A stretch of 64,000 nucleotides of DNA from an uncultured Bacteroidota bacterium (GCA_902802755.1 CADCNH010000004.1:10139-74138); one strand, 5' to 3'; shown: positions 9,515 through 22,670, numbered from the stretch's first letter. The notes: generated by a model from the sequence alone, not told the origin. Made by a program: numbers and translations.

Positions 9515-12500
9515 ATGAAAAAATTTACCTTTTTGATGATTCTCATGCTTTTGGCGGTATGCGGTATGATGGCGCAGGCTCCGGAGAAATTCACCTACCA
9601 GGCAGTGGTGCGAAATGCCAATAATCAACTCATGACGAATACGTTGGTTGGCGTCAGGGTAAGTATTATGCAGGGAAGTTCCACTGGCAGTGTGGTCTAT
9701 TCGGAAACGCAAATGCTGAGCACCAACGCCAACGGTTTGATGACACTGAATATCGGTGATGGGAATATTGTTTATGGCAATTTCAGTACAATAAATTGGG
9801 GAAACGGCCCTTTTTTCCTCAAGTCGGAGATTGACGTTTCTGGCGGCAGTAATTACACGATATCCTCCACGCAGCAGTTGCTGAGTGTGCCGTATGCTTT
9901 GTATTCGAGCAAGGCGGGCAATGTTCCGGCTTTTACGGTGGTGCCTACCGACACAGGCTATGTCATCAGCATCAGCCAAGATGGTACAGCAACACAAACC
10001 TTTGTACTTCGACATGGTGCTCCTGGTCCGCAAGGTCCACAGGGTGAAACCGGTCCGCAGGGTCCACAAGGTCCGCAAGGAGACCCGGGAGCCACTGGTG
10101 CTCAGGGTCCACAGGGAGATCCAGGGGCTACTGGTGCCCAAGGACCACAAGGTGATCCGGGTATCCAAGGTCCGCAAGGTGATCCAGGTGCTACCGGTCC
10201 GCAGGGTCCACAAGGCCAGCAAGGTATTCAGGGTGAACCAGGACCTGCGGGTTTTTCTCCTCAAGTAACTACTATTTCCGCTGGCGATAGCACGGTGGTG
10301 GTGGTTACGGATGCGGAAGCTCAGCATCGTTTTGTGATTTATAACGGTGCCCAGGGTCCACAAGGTGAGCAGGGTATTCAAGGTCCGCAAGGTCCGCAGG
10401 GTGAGACGGGTGCTATCGGTCAGCAAGGTCCGCAGGGTCCTCAAGGTGAGCAGGGTATTCAAGGTCCACAAGGACCTCAGGGTGAGACGGGTGCTACCGG
10501 TCAGCAAGGTCCGCAGGGACCTCAAGGTGAGCAGGGTATTCAAGGTCCGCAAGGTCCGCAGGGTGAGACAGGTGCTACCGGTCAACAAGGTCCGCAGGGA
10601 CCTCAAGGCGAGCAAGGTCCTGCGGGTTTCTCTCCGATGGTGAGCACCATTTCCGCTGGCGACAGTACGGTGTTGGTCATCACAGATGCGGAAATACAGC
10701 ACCGTTTCGTTATCTATAATGGTGCCCAAGGGCCACAAGGTGAGCCCGGTGTAGGAATACCTCAAACACTCTCTCTTGAGGGAAACAACTTGTCGATTTC
10801 TGATGGCAATAGTGTTACCCTTCCGAGTATTCCGACTAATGTGAGCGCCTTTACCAATGATGCGGGCTACCTCACCAGCGACTCCATTCCCACCAATGTC
10901 AGTGCCTTTGCCAACGATGCCAGCTACCTCACCTCCTTCACTGAAACCCAAACTCTCGCCGATGTGACCGCCCAGGGCAACTCCGCCGGCAACCGCCAGC
11001 TGAAGGACGTAGCCGACCCGACCGAAAGCTACGATGCCGTGAACCTGCGCTCGCTTACCCTGATGATAGACTCGGCAAAAAACACCATGCAGCAAATGCA
11101 ACAACAGTGGCTGCAAGCACAGCAGCAATGGCAGGAAACCCAACAGCAGTGGCAGATACAACAGCAACAAATGCAACAACAATGGCAAATGCAGCAAACA
11201 CAACTGCAACAGCAGATTGACAGCTTGACACTGATTCTTAATTCGATAGCAGCCGACACCGCCTTCGCTCTTTGGAACACCTCTGTTGTGAACAAGACGG
11301 CCTGTAGCGCATACGAGTGGCACGGAGAGACCTATACCCAAAGCGGAATCTATCTTTACGGCTTCACCAACACGGACGGCTCCCACAACATAGAGGCCTT
11401 GAATCTGACCATTATTGCGGCCGACTCCATCCATATCCCAAAGGAGGCTTGTGACAGTTATACATGGAATGGCACAACCTACACAGAATCAGGAGACTAT
11501 TATTTAAGACTGACCAACCAATATGGCTGTGACAGTCTCCGGATCCTGCACCTGACTCTTCATCATGGAACACACAATGTGGAAATTGATACCGCTTGCG
11601 ACAGCTATACTTGGCATGGTGTCACCTACCATGAAAGCGGTGTTTATACCTACGCATACTCGAATGAATATGGCTGTGAGAGTGTAGATACCTTGAAGCT
11701 GACCATTTATTACACTCATAAGATGGAGACAGAGATGGCTTGCGAAAGCTATACTTGGCACAATACAACTTACACTACCAGTGGCACTTATACTTACGCC
11801 TATAACAACGAGTACGGTTGTGCCAGTGTGGATACGCTGAAGCTGACAGTCTATCCAGTCACCCACCATACGGAGACGGAGATTGCCTGCGAATCTTATA
11901 TCTGGCATGATTCCACTTACACTACCAGTGGCACCTACACATACACTTATAATGACGAAAATAGCTGCGAGACGGTGGATACCCTGAAACTGACAGTGCT
12001 ATATGGCTGTACTATTGATGAAAAGTCTTGTCCAGGTACACCAATTCTCGTGGATTTTGACAACAATGGTTATAGCACCGTACAGATTGGCAACCAGTGC
12101 TGGATGAGGAACAACCTTCGCACCACGCATTTTGCCGATGGTACATCCATACCTTTCAGCAGCGGGATGTCTGTAGCAGCTCCCTATTATTACGACTACA
12201 ACGACATTAACTATACTGAGTTTACCTTGGCAGAACGGGGAATGCTCTACAACTGGTCCGCCGCCATGCATAGCACATCCTCAGTGCCGTCTAATTCTGT
12301 TGGTGTGCAAGGTGTCTGCCCCACGGGCTGGCACGTACCTTCCGACGGGGAGTGGGCACAACTCATTAACTATGTGAACAGCCAGGAGCAGAACAGATGT
12401 GGTGGCATTGATGGACAGATAGCGAAAACCTTGGCATCCACCACAGGTTGGGATAGGGGCTATTCCGGCTATGAATGTCTCGTGGGCAACTACCAAAATA

Positions 12501-15500
12501 CAAATAACACTACCGGTTTCAGCATTGTTCCGGCAGGCAGCCTGACACGTGCAGGTAATTATGACGGTCAACGATATAACGCTCTTTTCTGGACTTCTAC
12601 AGAAAAAGAAGAAGATGCCTCACAGGCATATCGTTGGAGTATAGGTAACAACAGCTTGGGTATGAGTAGTGGTGCAGATTATAAGGATTGTGGTCTATCT
12701 GTCCGATGCCTGCGCAATGAAAACGGTGGAAGTGGCGGCGATACCCCGGCACAAATGTCTGCTGTGATTACCGATAATCCCACCAATGTCTCCCCAACCT
12801 CTGCCACCTTCAACGGAATTATTACCAATAGTGGCAATGCAGGGGTAACGGAGCGAGGTTTTGTGTATGGTGTGGGAACTGTCATAACCGATACGGTTCA
12901 AGTGACAGGGTTAGATTTTGTCTTTACAGCCGGGAACCTTACCCCTAACACGGAATACAGCGTAAAGGCTTATATTATAAACAGTTCGGGTACGAGTTAC
13001 GGCCGCATGGTGAACTTCACCACTGCGTGGGAACCTCAGCCGTGGGACGGTACAGGCCGCAATCCCAACGATGCGCGTCCTTGCAATGGCACGCCAACAG
13101 TAACCGACCACGAAGGCAACGTCTATAATACCGTGCAAATCGGCACACAGTGCTGGACCAAGGAGAATATGCGTTGCAAAACATCTCCAAGTACAGGTAC
13201 TCTAATTTTGGAAACATCCTATTCCGCTTTCTGTCCATATACTGCCAAGAAGGCTTATTATTTGTATGGTGATTCCACCCTGAATACAAGTGTCTATGGC
13301 CTGCTATATAATTGGAATGCGGTGGTGGATACATTCAACACTAATTATGGTGAGACCGATTGGCATCCTTGGTGGGAAAATTCCACTTTGGCAGTGTCTG
13401 TCACCTTCAATGGCCACCGCAGGGGCATTTGTCCCCAAGGCTGGCATGTGCCTTCCGACTCGGAGTGGACGCAGCTTGCTAACTATGTGAACAGCCAAGA
13501 ACAATACCGCTGCAATGGAACTGATGGTTCCATCGCGAGAGCATTGGCCGCGCCCACAGGTTGGAGCAGCAATAGTAGTAGTAGTAGCGGTAATGGTTGC
13601 TGGTTGGCCAACAGCCCTGCAAACAACCAAACGGGATTCACGGCTGTTAACACAGGAGGTATTTACAGCAATGGGGTAAAATTTTGGTCTTCTACCCAAG
13701 TGGACCGAGGCCATGCGTGGAGTTGTGTAATGCCTACCGGAAATAACTATCCAGTGCTGAATCTTGAGTGGATTTATGAGAATGATAGAAGATCTGTCCG
13801 CTGTCTGCGTGATACAGGAACGGTAAACGGTGGTGGAAGTGTTGACCCTCAGCCAAACTGTAGTTCTTACACTATCAGTATCAGCGGTAATACAGTCCTT
13901 TGCAGCGGCGAAAGCACCACCCTTACGGCTTCCGAGGCTATCAGTTACAGCTGGAGCAATGGAAGCAGCGATGCCAGCATTAATGTCAGCCCAACTGCCA
14001 CTACCACTTATTCTGTTACAGGCACCAACAGCCAAGGCTGTATGGCTAACGCATCTACAACTGTAACGGTCAACTACGCCACCAATAATACCATCACCGA
14101 GACCGCTTGCGAGTCCTACACATGGCATGGGCAAACCTATACCCAAAGCGGCACTTACACATACGCTTATACCAACGACAACGGTTGCTCCAGTACGGAC
14201 ACATTATTCTTGACCATTTATAATGGCACACACAATGTAGAGACTGAAACTGCTTGCAACTCTTACACTTGGCATGGAACCAACTATACGGAGAGTGGTA
14301 CCTACACATATAATTACACCAATGGTGACGGGTGTTCCAGTGTAGATACACTGTTCTTGACCATTAATAATGGCTCCCATAATGTGGAAACGGAAACTGC
14401 TTGCAACTCATATACTTGGCACGGGCAGACCTATACCCAAAGCGGTACTTACACATACAGTTACACCAACGAGTATGGCTGCCCTTGCACGGAAACGTTG
14501 AATTTGACCATTAATCACGGTTCGCACAATGTCTTTACCGAAACGGCAGAAGGCTCCTACATTTGGCATGAGCAGACATATACTGAAAGTGGCACTTATA
14601 CCTATGCTTACACCAACGAGCAGGATTGCGCCAGCGTGGACACTCTCCACTTGACGGTTTCCTCCGTTACTCCCATTATACCCACGGATACACTCGTGGA
14701 TGGTCAACCTTGCCCCGGTACCCCCACGGTGACCGACCACGAAGGCAATGTATATAACACGGTGCAGATTGGCAGCCAATGCTGGATGAAAGAGAATCTG
14801 CGCACTACCAGTTACAGCGACGGAACATCTCTCTCTTTGAGCAGTATTTCTTCTACGGATAACGGTTATAACTACTACTATCCTTATTATTACTACCCTT
14901 ATAATGATTCGTCCAATGTACGTACATACGGACTTCTTTACAATGGGAAAGCTGTGATGCGCGACTATACTTTCTCTTCTTCCAATCCGAGTGGTGTGCA
15001 GGGTATATGTCCTGTGGGGTGGCATGTCCCAAGTGATATGGAATGGACACAATTAATAGATTATGTCTCCTCGCAGGACCAGTACAAATGCAGTTCAAAG
15101 TCCAAATACATAGCCAAGGCATTGGCTGATTCAACGGGTTGGCCAGCTGGTAATACTACTCCTTGTGCTGTTTCCAATAATCCTTCCAATAACAATCTCA
15201 CGGGTTTTTCAGCTTTGCCTGCCGGTTATTATGGCGAAAACTCTTCCGTCCGTAAGGCATACTTTTGGAGCACTGCCGAGGAAATGGGAATTTGTCTTCT
15301 TCCTAATAATCCTGCTATCTATAATAGTAGTTATGGTTCTTCCGTTCGTTGCCTTCGTGATGATGTGGCAGGTGACAGTGGAGGGGAAGGATCGCAACTC
15401 CTTACTGTGACTACTTCTTCTGTGACCAATGTCACAACTATGTCTGCTATTTCAGGAGGCAACGTCACCAATAGCGGAAACGCATCTGTAATAATGCGTG

Positions 15501-18500
15501 GTGTGTGTTGGAGCACCTTACCATCTCCGACTATAGTGGACACACACTCCATAGATGGTGCAGGAACAGGGGTTTTTACGAGCAATATCACGGGCTTGGA
15601 AGAGGGAAGTACCTATTATTTGCGCGCCTATGCTATCAATAGTACGGATACTTCGTATGGTGCCGAAGTGAGATTCACTACTTTAGTATCAAATGTTGCT
15701 AATGATGGACAAACCTGTCCCGGTGATGCTACTGTGACTGACATCGACGGCAATGTTTATAATACAGTGCGGATTGGTAACCAATGTTGGATGAAAGAAA
15801 ATTTGCGTACTACCCATTACAGCGATGGAACATCCGCCAATTTCTACTATCCAAATAACGATTCTTCAAAAGTGAGTACATACGGATGTCTATACAGCTG
15901 GAATGTGGCAATGCATGGAGCGTCCTCCTCGCCAACTGTTCCGAGTGGTGTACAGGGCATCTGTCCCGTAGGGTGGCATGTACCAAGCAATGGAGAATGG
16001 TATCAACTGACTTATTATGTTTCCTCGCAGGAAGAGTACCTGTGTAGTCCTAATACCTCTTATATTGGCAAAGCATTAGCCAGTACGACGGGCTGGGCTA
16101 TCAGCAACACCAATTGTCATGTAGGCAAAAAACCTGCTGATAACAATGCCACGGGTTTTTCAGTGCTTCCTGCTGGCTATTACTATTATGGTGAACTTAA
16201 GAATTTTGGCAGTCAGGCTTACTTTTGGTCTTCTACCGAAAGTAATGCGGGTGCGGCCTATGAACGGCAAATTTTTTACAACGGCACTGGAATGGGCAAA
16301 GTTTCTTACAACAAAAGTTATGGTTACTCCGTCCGCTGTCTCCGCAATACATCCGTATCCGAAATTGGTGGTGGCGACACCCCATGCATCGGTACACACA
16401 ATGTGGAGACGGAAAATACTTGTGAATCATTTACTTGGCATGGACAGATTTATTCCCAAAGTGGCACTTACACGTATGCCTACAACAACTCCGAAGGGTG
16501 TGCAAGCGTGGATACACTAAAACTGACTATTTATCAGCCAGTGGCCACGACAAGTTCGGCCACTGCGTGCGAGTCCTACACTTGGGGCGACACCACCTAT
16601 ACCGAAAGCGGAGACTACACGCAGACCTTCTCCGCCGCCAACGGCTGCGACAGCGTGGTGACGTTGCATCTGACGATTAATCAGCCGGTGGCCACGACAA
16701 GCTCTGCCACTGCGTGTGAGTCCTACATTTGGAACGGACAGACCTACACCCTGAGTGGTGACTACACGCAGACCTTCACCGCTGCCAACGGCTGCGACAG
16801 CGTGGTGACCTTGCACCTGACCATCTATCAGCCAGTGAACACAACAAGCTCTGCCACCGCATGCGAGAGCTACACTTGGCATGAGCAAACTTATACCCAA
16901 AGTGGCGATTACACGTACAATTACACCAACGAACACGGCTGCCCTTGCACGGAAACGTTGCATCTGACCATTAATCACGGTTCGCACAACGTCTTTACCG
17001 AAACGGCAGAAGGCTCCTACACCTGGCACGAACAAACTTACACGGAAAGTGGCACTTATACCTATACCTACACCAACGCCAGTGGTTGTGCAAGTGTTGA
17101 TACCCTCCACCTGACCGTCACTTCAAATCCTCCCACACCTCCTACTCCTCCCTCAGACACCATCGCTGACGGCTACCCCTGTCCCAATGCGCACACAGTA
17201 ACCGACCACGAAGGCAATGTGTATAACACCGTGCAAATCGGCAACCAGTGTTGGACCAAGGAGAACATGCGCTGCACCACCTCTCCCAGCACAGGTACCA
17301 CCATTTTAGAGGTCTATCCCAATGGCACCTCTTACACAGGCAAGAAAGCCTACTATGTGAACGGAAATTCCTACAACACCCCCTCATACGGACTGCTGTA
17401 CAACTGGAACGCGGCGGTCGATACATTCAACACGGCATACGGGGAGACTTCCACCAACTCAAACTCCAGCAATGCGGTGTCCGTCGCGTTCACCAGCTAT
17501 CGCAGAGGCATCTGTCCGCAAGGCTGGCATGTGCCCTCCGATGCAGAATGGACACAGTTGATAAACTACGTTTCTTCGAAGAGCCGGTACCAATGCGGCT
17601 CCACCGGCGGCTCTATCGCTAAGGCATTGGCCGACACCACGGGCTGGAATATATATTCCATTCCATGCGCTATGGGCAACGACCTTTCCGCAAACAACGC
17701 CACGGGCTTTAGTGCGTTGCCCGCAGGTGCCTACTTCGGTAGTTTTTACTACTTCGGAGATGCCGCTGACTTTTGGAGTACCACTTCAATCTACAGCAAC
17801 TCCGCCTACTACAAATACCTCTACTATGACTACGCCGGCGTATACCAAGACCTCGGCAATATATACTGCGGAATTTCCGTCCGCTGCCTGATGGACTCCG
17901 CTATCGGTAGTGATACCTTATGCATCGGCACACACAATGTGGAAATGGAAAACGCCTGCGAAAATTACACCTGGCATGGGCAGACCTACACCCAAAGCGG
18001 AACATACACATACGCCTACACCAACGACGGCGGGTGCGCCAGCGTGGACACGCTTTTCTTGACCATTTACAATGGCACACACAACACTTACACCGAATCG
18101 GCAGAAGGCTCTTACATCTGGCATGAGCAGACGTACAGCGAGAGCGGTACCTACATATACACTTACAACAATGCGCAGGGTTGTGCCAGCGTGGATACAC
18201 TCCACCTGACCGTTACTTCCGTCATTCCCGATATTCCTGATGGACCGGCAGAAGACGGTCAGCCTTGTCCAGGTGTGAATGCGGTGACCGACCATGAAGG
18301 CAATATGTACAACACCGTGCAAATCGGCAACCAGTGCTGGACCAAGGAGAACATGCGCTGCACTACCTCGCCTACCACGGGAAGCAATTTGCTAACAGAA
18401 AACACTTCGGCGGCAAGCAAGTCGGCGAGTTGGCATTCCGACAACGGTTTGCATGATCCAGCCTACGGAGTACTCTACAATTGGTGTGCGGCTTTAGACA

Positions 18501-20659
18501 CCTTCTTCGCCGCAGGGGGCGCTCCCGAAGTTGCAAACGGGACATCAACCCAGAAGTTGAATTATTCATTCAGTGGCTATCGCAGGGGTATCTGCCCCAT
18601 AGGATGGCACGTGCCCGGAAAAACGGAATGGACACAACTGGCAGCGTATGTATATAGCAACGGCTACCGTTGCAGCGACTGTTCCTATCCGGAACTTGAT
18701 GAGTATAGTGCTTCTTGTATTGTCAAAGCATTGTCCTCCACCACTGGCTGGGAGACCGACGACTATGAGTGCGCGGTGGGCAACGATTTGTCTGCTAACA
18801 ACGCCACGGGTTTCAACGCTATGCCTGCTGGCCGTTATAGTGGCAACAACTATAGCGATTTTGGCGATTACGCTTACTTTTGGACCGCCACTGAGGATTA
18901 TGACCAATATAGTACCTGGGCATATTATCTCAATTGGTCTTATTATGAAACTGACTTTCATTTCCAAAACGAAACTCCAAAAGCCAATAAATTCTCTGTA
19001 CGCTGCGTGAAAGACGACACTTCTGGTGATGGTGGTAGCGACACGGGTTGTACCGGCACACATACTTCAGAGAATGTAAACACTTGCGAATCATACACTT
19101 GGCACGGATATACCTACACAGAAAGCGGCACTTACGTTTTCTTTTACACCAATGCGCAAGGCTGTTCTTGCTCGGAAACGCTTCACCTGACCATCTATGA
19201 AACAGTGCACTCGGTCAACTCAGCCGAAGCCTGCGAATCCTACACCTGGCACGGGCAGCCCTATCTTTCTTCTGGCACATATACATATAACTACGAAAAT
19301 GAATTTGGCTGCGCCAGCACGGAAACACTGAATCTAACCATTTATAATGGCACGCATACAAACTTTTCGGCCCAGGACTGCGAATCCTATACCTGGCATG
19401 GCACCACCTACAACGCAACTGGCTCATACACGTATAACTATACCGATGAGCATGGTTGTGCCTGCTCAGAAACCCTGAATTTGACCATCCAAGAGCATTT
19501 GAATTTGACAACCGCAGCCGGAGCTTGTGAAGAATACAATTGGCGCGGGCAAACACTTACGGCAAGCGGCTCCTATACTGCTGATTATATCAACGATCAT
19601 GGGTGCTCTTGCACGGAAACGCTGAACCTGACCATCTATAATGGTACGCACAACAACTATGCGGAAACAGCTTGTCCAAATTATAATTGGCATGGTGTAG
19701 TTTATGACCAAAGCGGAGTATACACATATTCCTATACCGATGAACATGGCTGCGCAAGTGAGGATGTACTCCACCTGACCATTTCCTCCGATTGTGAATA
19801 TAGCAATCCTTGTCCTGGCACACCTACTGTGACCGACCATGAAGGCAATGTGTATAATACGGTGCAAATCGGTAGCCAATGCTGGACAAAGGAGAACATG
19901 CGCTGCACCACCTCGCCGAGCACGGGCAGCAACCTTATACCCGATTGGATATATTCCTCTGGCTGCTTCGATTCAGAATTCAGCAAGTGTGCGATGTATT
20001 CCGATCGTTTTTCGCAAGATTCTGCATACGGAGTGCTCTACAATTGGTGTGCGGCCATGGATGTTTATAATACGTCTTATCCCGAAATTCATGATGGATC
20101 CTGTGGGGGTAGTGATTCAACAGAAGAATGGATATACACTATCACCAGTCAACACAGAGGCATTTGTCCACAAGGATGGCATGTGCCTTCCACCGATGAA
20201 TTCCATCAATTAACAACTTATCTCTATGATAGCGTCGGATATCAGTGTGGCAATGACTGTTATGCCTTCATTATGGGAAACACAGTCAACTGCATTGCCA
20301 AGGCGTTGGCAGATACAACGGGATGGAACATTGACGATAACACATCAGGGACACCTGTCTGGATGGGAGGAACCTGTTCTGTTGGCTACGACCTATCCTC
20401 CAACAACGCCACAGGATTCAGTGCGTTGCCCGCCGGATTTGCAGGAGGAGGTCACGGCGATCAAATAGACGATTACCATTGGATTTTCTACCCCTACGTT
20501 TACCGTTCCGGTGAAAGAGCCTGCTTCTACTCTTCCACTTCTACTCCCTCTTCCGGCCAGTACTACTTTCAAATAGACTATGATACAGCCGCAGTGAAAC
20601 ATCAAGATGATATTATTGGAATCAAAGGACATTCCGTCCGCTGTGTGAAGGATGAATAA
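9515..20659 (+). CDS. Giant secreted fibre-like protein 1 (3714 aa): SVPYAL N-domain, collagen repeats, Q-rich coiled coil, 21 Cys-containing ~49-aa repeats, FN3/Ig-like domains and 7 Fib_succ_major (FISUMP) domains
   Basis: Sec signal peptide; GXY runs; seven copies of D..GN.Y.TV.IG.QCW...N.R ... G.CP.GWHVP ... SVRC; ACESYTWHG...GC.SVDTL.LTI repeats. Confidence 0.9.
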   Translation: MKKFTFLMILMLLAVCGMMAQAPEKFTYQAVVRNANNQLMTNTLVGVRVSIMQGSSTGSVVYSETQMLSTNANGLMTLNIGDGNIVYGNFSTINWGNGPFFLKSEIDVSGGSNYTISSTQQLLSVPYALYSSKAGNVPAFTVVPTDTGYVISISQDGTATQTFVLRHGAPGPQGPQGETGPQGPQGPQGDPGATGAQGPQGDPGATGAQGPQGDPGIQGPQGDPGATGPQGPQGQQGIQGEPGPAGFSPQVTTISAGDSTVVVVTDAEAQHRFVIYNGAQGPQGEQGIQGPQGPQGETGAIGQQGPQGPQGEQGIQGPQGPQGETGATGQQGPQGPQGEQGIQGPQGPQGETGATGQQGPQGPQGEQGPAGFSPMVSTISAGDSTVLVITDAEIQHRFVIYNGAQGPQGEPGVGIPQTLSLEGNNLSISDGNSVTLPSIPTNVSAFTNDAGYLTSDSIPTNVSAFANDASYLTSFTETQTLADVTAQGNSAGNRQLKDVADPTESYDAVNLRSLTLMIDSAKNTMQQMQQQWLQAQQQWQETQQQWQIQQQQMQQQWQMQQTQLQQQIDSLTLILNSIAADTAFALWNTSVVNKTACSAYEWHGETYTQSGIYLYGFTNTDGSHNIEALNLTIIAADSIHIPKEACDSYTWNGTTYTESGDYYLRLTNQYGCDSLRILHLTLHHGTHNVEIDTACDSYTWHGVTYHESGVYTYAYSNEYGCESVDTLKLTIYYTHKMETEMACESYTWHNTTYTTSGTYTYAYNNEYGCASVDTLKLTVYPVTHHTETEIACESYIWHDSTYTTSGTYTYTYNDENSCETVDTLKLTVLYGCTIDEKSCPGTPILVDFDNNGYSTVQIGNQCWMRNNLRTTHFADGTSIPFSSGMSVAAPYYYDYNDINYTEFTLAERGMLYNWSAAMHSTSSVPSNSVGVQGVCPTGWHVPSDGEWAQLINYVNSQEQNRCGGIDGQIAKTLASTTGWDRGYSGYECLVGNYQNTNNTTGFSIVPAGSLTRAGNYDGQRYNALFWTSTEKEEDASQAYRWSIGNNSLGMSSGADYKDCGLSVRCLRNENGGSGGDTPAQMSAVITDNPTNVSPTSATFNGIITNSGNAGVTERGFVYGVGTVITDTVQVTGLDFVFTAGNLTPNTEYSVKAYIINSSGTSYGRMVNFTTAWEPQPWDGTGRNPNDARPCNGTPTVTDHEGNVYNTVQIGTQCWTKENMRCKTSPSTGTLILETSYSAFCPYTAKKAYYLYGDSTLNTSVYGLLYNWNAVVDTFNTNYGETDWHPWWENSTLAVSVTFNGHRRGICPQGWHVPSDSEWTQLANYVNSQEQYRCNGTDGSIARALAAPTGWSSNSSSSSGNGCWLANSPANNQTGFTAVNTGGIYSNGVKFWSSTQVDRGHAWSCVMPTGNNYPVLNLEWIYENDRRSVRCLRDTGTVNGGGSVDPQPNCSSYTISISGNTVLCSGESTTLTASEAISYSWSNGSSDASINVSPTATTTYSVTGTNSQGCMANASTTVTVNYATNNTITETACESYTWHGQTYTQSGTYTYAYTNDNGCSSTDTLFLTIYNGTHNVETETACNSYTWHGTNYTESGTYTYNYTNGDGCSSVDTLFLTINNGSHNVETETACNSYTWHGQTYTQSGTYTYSYTNEYGCPCTETLNLTINHGSHNVFTETAEGSYIWHEQTYTESGTYTYAYTNEQDCASVDTLHLTVSSVTPIIPTDTLVDGQPCPGTPTVTDHEGNVYNTVQIGSQCWMKENLRTTSYSDGTSLSLSSISSTDNGYNYYYPYYYYPYNDSSNVRTYGLLYNGKAVMRDYTFSSSNPSGVQGICPVGWHVPSDMEWTQLIDYVSSQDQYKCSSKSKYIAKALADSTGWPAGNTTPCAVSNNPSNNNLTGFSALPAGYYGENSSVRKAYFWSTAEEMGICLLPNNPAIYNSSYGSSVRCLRDDVAGDSGGEGSQLLTVTTSSVTNVTTMSAISGGNVTNSGNASVIMRGVCWSTLPSPTIVDTHSIDGAGTGVFTSNITGLEEGSTYYLRAYAINSTDTSYGAEVRFTTLVSNVANDGQTCPGDATVTDIDGNVYNTVRIGNQCWMKENLRTTHYSDGTSANFYYPNNDSSKVSTYGCLYSWNVAMHGASSSPTVPSGVQGICPVGWHVPSNGEWYQLTYYVSSQEEYLCSPNTSYIGKALASTTGWAISNTNCHVGKKPADNNATGFSVLPAGYYYYGELKNFGSQAYFWSSTESNAGAAYERQIFYNGTGMGKVSYNKSYGYSVRCLRNTSVSEIGGGDTPCIGTHNVETENTCESFTWHGQIYSQSGTYTYAYNNSEGCASVDTLKLTIYQPVATTSSATACESYTWGDTTYTESGDYTQTFSAANGCDSVVTLHLTINQPVATTSSATACESYIWNGQTYTLSGDYTQTFTAANGCDSVVTLHLTIYQPVNTTSSATACESYTWHEQTYTQSGDYTYNYTNEHGCPCTETLHLTINHGSHNVFTETAEGSYTWHEQTYTESGTYTYTYTNASGCASVDTLHLTVTSNPPTPPTPPSDTIADGYPCPNAHTVTDHEGNVYNTVQIGNQCWTKENMRCTTSPSTGTTILEVYPNGTSYTGKKAYYVNGNSYNTPSYGLLYNWNAAVDTFNTAYGETSTNSNSSNAVSVAFTSYRRGICPQGWHVPSDAEWTQLINYVSSKSRYQCGSTGGSIAKALADTTGWNIYSIPCAMGNDLSANNATGFSALPAGAYFGSFYYFGDAADFWSTTSIYSNSAYYKYLYYDYAGVYQDLGNIYCGISVRCLMDSAIGSDTLCIGTHNVEMENACENYTWHGQTYTQSGTYTYAYTNDGGCASVDTLFLTIYNGTHNTYTESAEGSYIWHEQTYSESGTYIYTYNNAQGCASVDTLHLTVTSVIPDIPDGPAEDGQPCPGVNAVTDHEGNMYNTVQIGNQCWTKENMRCTTSPTTGSNLLTENTSAASKSASWHSDNGLHDPAYGVLYNWCAALDTFFAAGGAPEVANGTSTQKLNYSFSGYRRGICPIGWHVPGKTEWTQLAAYVYSNGYRCSDCSYPELDEYSASCIVKALSSTTGWETDDYECAVGNDLSANNATGFNAMPAGRYSGNNYSDFGDYAYFWTATEDYDQYSTWAYYLNWSYYETDFHFQNETPKANKFSVRCVKDDTSGDGGSDTGCTGTHTSENVNTCESYTWHGYTYTESGTYVFFYTNAQGCSCSETLHLTIYETVHSVNSAEACESYTWHGQPYLSSGTYTYNYENEFGCASTETLNLTIYNGTHTNFSAQDCESYTWHGTTYNATGSYTYNYTDEHGCACSETLNLTIQEHLNLTTAAGACEEYNWRGQTLTASGSYTADYINDHGCSCTETLNLTIYNGTHNNYAETACPNYNWHGVVYDQSGVYTYSYTDEHGCASEDVLHLTISSDCEYSNPCPGTPTVTDHEGNVYNTVQIGSQCWTKENMRCTTSPSTGSNLIPDWIYSSGCFDSEFSKCAMYSDRFSQDSAYGVLYNWCAAMDVYNTSYPEIHDGSCGGSDSTEEWIYTITSQHRGICPQGWHVPSTDEFHQLTTYLYDSVGYQCGNDCYAFIMGNTVNCIAKALADTTGWNIDDNTSGTPVWMGGTCSVGYDLSSNNATGFSALPAGFAGGGHGDQIDDYHWIFYPYVYRSGERACFYSSTSTPSSGQYYFQIDYDTAAVKHQDDIIGIKGHSVRCVKDE
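10016..10756 (+). repeat. Collagen-like Gly-X-Y tract with two beta-rich interruptions
   Basis: (GPQ/GEQ/GET/GAT)n with 63-bp repeated units; interruptions [28 protein letters not shown]. Confidence 0.9.
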
Positions 20660-20663
20660 TATT

Positions 20664-20690
20664 GTAGAGACGGGGCGTGCCCCGTCTCTA
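20664..20690. repeat. GTAG-type REP palindrome (may also act as a terminator)
   Basis: gtagagacggggcgtgccccgtctcta immediately after the stop of giant gene 1; a degenerate relative is at 41366-41390. Confidence 0.7.
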
Positions 20691-20792
20691 AATATGCGTA
20701 CGTCTGCTCTACATAAATGACACCTTTTGTAACGCTTTGCCAATAGTGTGTAGTCCCTCAATAATGCGCTTGCATTGTTCAGGACGTGGTCT

Positions 20793-21605
20793 TTAATACG
20801 AATATGAAGTCTCCCAGAATTCCCAAACTTCAGTGATGTTCCGGTAGGTGAGTCTGAAATGTTCTTTATCTAAATACTCCGCTTTTACAGGGATGTTTTC
20901 ATAATTGGATTTTTGTGCCTCGAACTCTACGGCACCTTCATGAAAATAAAATTCGTTAATCCATCTGCGACTAATAGTCTCTGTGATGTCAAACTTCAGC
21001 TTAATGAGACCGTTTTGGTTGTATATGTACATGCCGTTGCCAGAAAGGGTGTAGTAGTTTTCAGAGAATAAGAGAACACCCTCATTGGATAAAGATTTGA
21101 TGTACAAGTCGCAATAGCATCCCCGGTTTTCGGTGCTGTCCATTTGGATGAGCCATTGGTCATTGCTCTTGCTGATATGCATTTTTTCCCCTTCACTGTA
21201 ACTGTTGAGGAAAATGGGCAGGTCACCATGGTTCTCAACATACGCATTGTACTTAGTAACGAGCCAGTTGGAACCATTTGCCCTAAGTGATTTTCCGTTG
21301 GTGTTGATGGTGAACATTTTGTTGGCCCCATTATAAATAGTGAATACGTTGTCTCCCTCCTCGCGTATCCGATAATACGGAAAATACCGGTCTTCAATAA
21401 GCCGCCGTAAATCCTCGTTGTCGGTGTTAATCCATACATCGAGATGAAACATGGGAATGACATCATTCTCTATCATCTGCCTGCTGGCATTGTACCATGA
21501 ATCATGGATTTCCTTGCCCTTTTGGGTCAGCTTGCCCCGTTCTTCACGACCGCAGCCCATGCAAATCAGTGCGATAAGCGTTACTATCAATATATTCTTT
21601 TTCAT
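20793..21605 (-). CDS. Hypothetical lipoprotein
   Basis: MKK plus hydrophobic stretch and CMGC lipobox-like motif; 270-aa open frame. Confidence 0.7.
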   Translation of the reverse strand: MKKNILIVTLIALICMGCGREERGKLTQKGKEIHDSWYNASRQMIENDVIPMFHLDVWINTDNEDLRRLIEDRYFPYYRIREEGDNVFTIYNGANKMFTINTNGKSLRANGSNWLVTKYNAYVENHGDLPIFLNSYSEGEKMHISKSNDQWLIQMDSTENRGCYCDLYIKSLSNEGVLLFSENYYTLSGNGMYIYNQNGLIKLKFDITETISRRWINEFYFHEGAVEFEAQKSNYENIPVKAEYLDKEHFRLTYRNITEVWEFWETSYSY

Positions 21606-21625
21606 GATAATTTTTAAGCTAATAA

Positions 21626-22324
21626 TTACTGATTATTTTTTGTCTTGCTGTTGAAATTATAACCGAAACCAGCTTGAATAATGCCTTTGTACCCAAAACC
21701 CAATTCGGCAAAACCATACCATTTTTTGCCCACATGGATACCCACCGCTGTGAGATGAAAGGCAGGAGCGTATGAAGTCTCATCATAGTTGCGGGTTTTG
21801 GTGGTGTAAAATTTGTCAGAATAGTATGTATCGTCAATATATATAGCCAAGCCTAATCCAAAGCTGGAATACATCGTTACAATTCTTTTGTTCAACCATG
21901 AGAAACGGGCTTCTGGCAAAATGCTTATCAAATGACTATTATAAGACGAACATTTGAGATTGCTGAGGCGTTCGTATTTGGCTTCATAAAATCCTGTATA
22001 TGAAAATGTTCCGCCCAACCAAAACCATTTAGCCAAGCGATATTGGTAGCCAATACTGATGGTCGGTGTGGCAATGAGCCCCTTGCTATAGCTGTCCAGC
22101 GCAAACCAATCGGGAATATATTCGTCATCACTGCATTTGGTGAATAAACCACCACATTTGCTGAAAAACTCGAATCTGCCGGTTAGGACTCCCGTAACCA
22201 AGGGGTCGCCAATGCCCAAATAAACGTCGTGCCGAGGCAACTCCTGCTTCCACGACGGCACATCCTGAGCTGCCAATCCCCAAGCCATGCAGACTATAAT
22301 CAAGCTAATAAGAAATTTTTTCAT
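21626..22324 (-). CDS. Outer-membrane beta-barrel-like hypothetical protein
   Basis: Signal peptide; alternating strands (ISIGYQYR, WLGGTFSY, YSSFGLG, GFAELGFG) ending AGFGYNF. Confidence 0.72.
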   Translation of the reverse strand: MKKFLISLIIVCMAWGLAAQDVPSWKQELPRHDVYLGIGDPLVTGVLTGRFEFFSKCGGLFTKCSDDEYIPDWFALDSYSKGLIATPTISIGYQYRLAKWFWLGGTFSYTGFYEAKYERLSNLKCSSYNSHLISILPEARFSWLNKRIVTMYSSFGLGLAIYIDDTYYSDKFYTTKTRNYDETSYAPAFHLTAVGIHVGKKWYGFAELGFGYKGIIQAGFGYNFNSKTKNNQ

Positions 22325-22553
22325 AGAGCCAATATTTATATATTAAAGTGTTGAAACACAACATTTTTCAACTTATCTAATCTTACAACTGCAAAAATAC
22401 ATTTTTTTTTGGAAAAATCCCTTTTAGCCTTGTTGAAATTAGAATTTATTACGAGAGTTTTCTTGCATCAGCTACAGTCTCTTTATTTTGAGGCAGCAAA
22501 GTCACGTCTTCGGGACAAGTGGTTACAATGCGTAGTTCCAATTTCAGAAAAGA

Positions 22554-22584
22554 AAAAGAGGAAGTCGAAACTTCCTCTTTTTTT
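22554..22584 (-). terminator. Intrinsic terminator downstream of tRNA-Leu
   Basis: aaaaagaggaag-tcgaaa-cttcctcttttttt hairpin. Confidence 0.7.
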
Positions 22585-22586
22585 CG

Positions 22587-22670
22587 TACCCAGGGCCGGG
22601 ATCGAACCGGCACGAGTGTTACCTCATCGGTTTTTGAGACCGACGCGTCTACCAATTCCGCCACCTAGGC
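22587..22670 (-). tRNA. tRNA-Leu (CAA)
   Basis: Reverse complement GCCTAGGTGGCGGAATTGGTAGACGCG TCGGT CTCAAAA ACCGA ... GCCGGTTCGATCCCGGC CCTGGGTA; long variable arm; CCA not encoded. Confidence 0.95.

Noticed and set aside
9350-11434. 694-aa minus-strand ORF with LRTL repeats
   Set aside because: Antisense shadow of the collagen GPQ codons of giant gene 1; no independent protein features.
8054-22586. Genomic island integrated at tRNA-Leu
   Set aside because: Accessory-looking genes lie 3' of the tRNA, but I saw no integrase and no duplicated tRNA 3' end.
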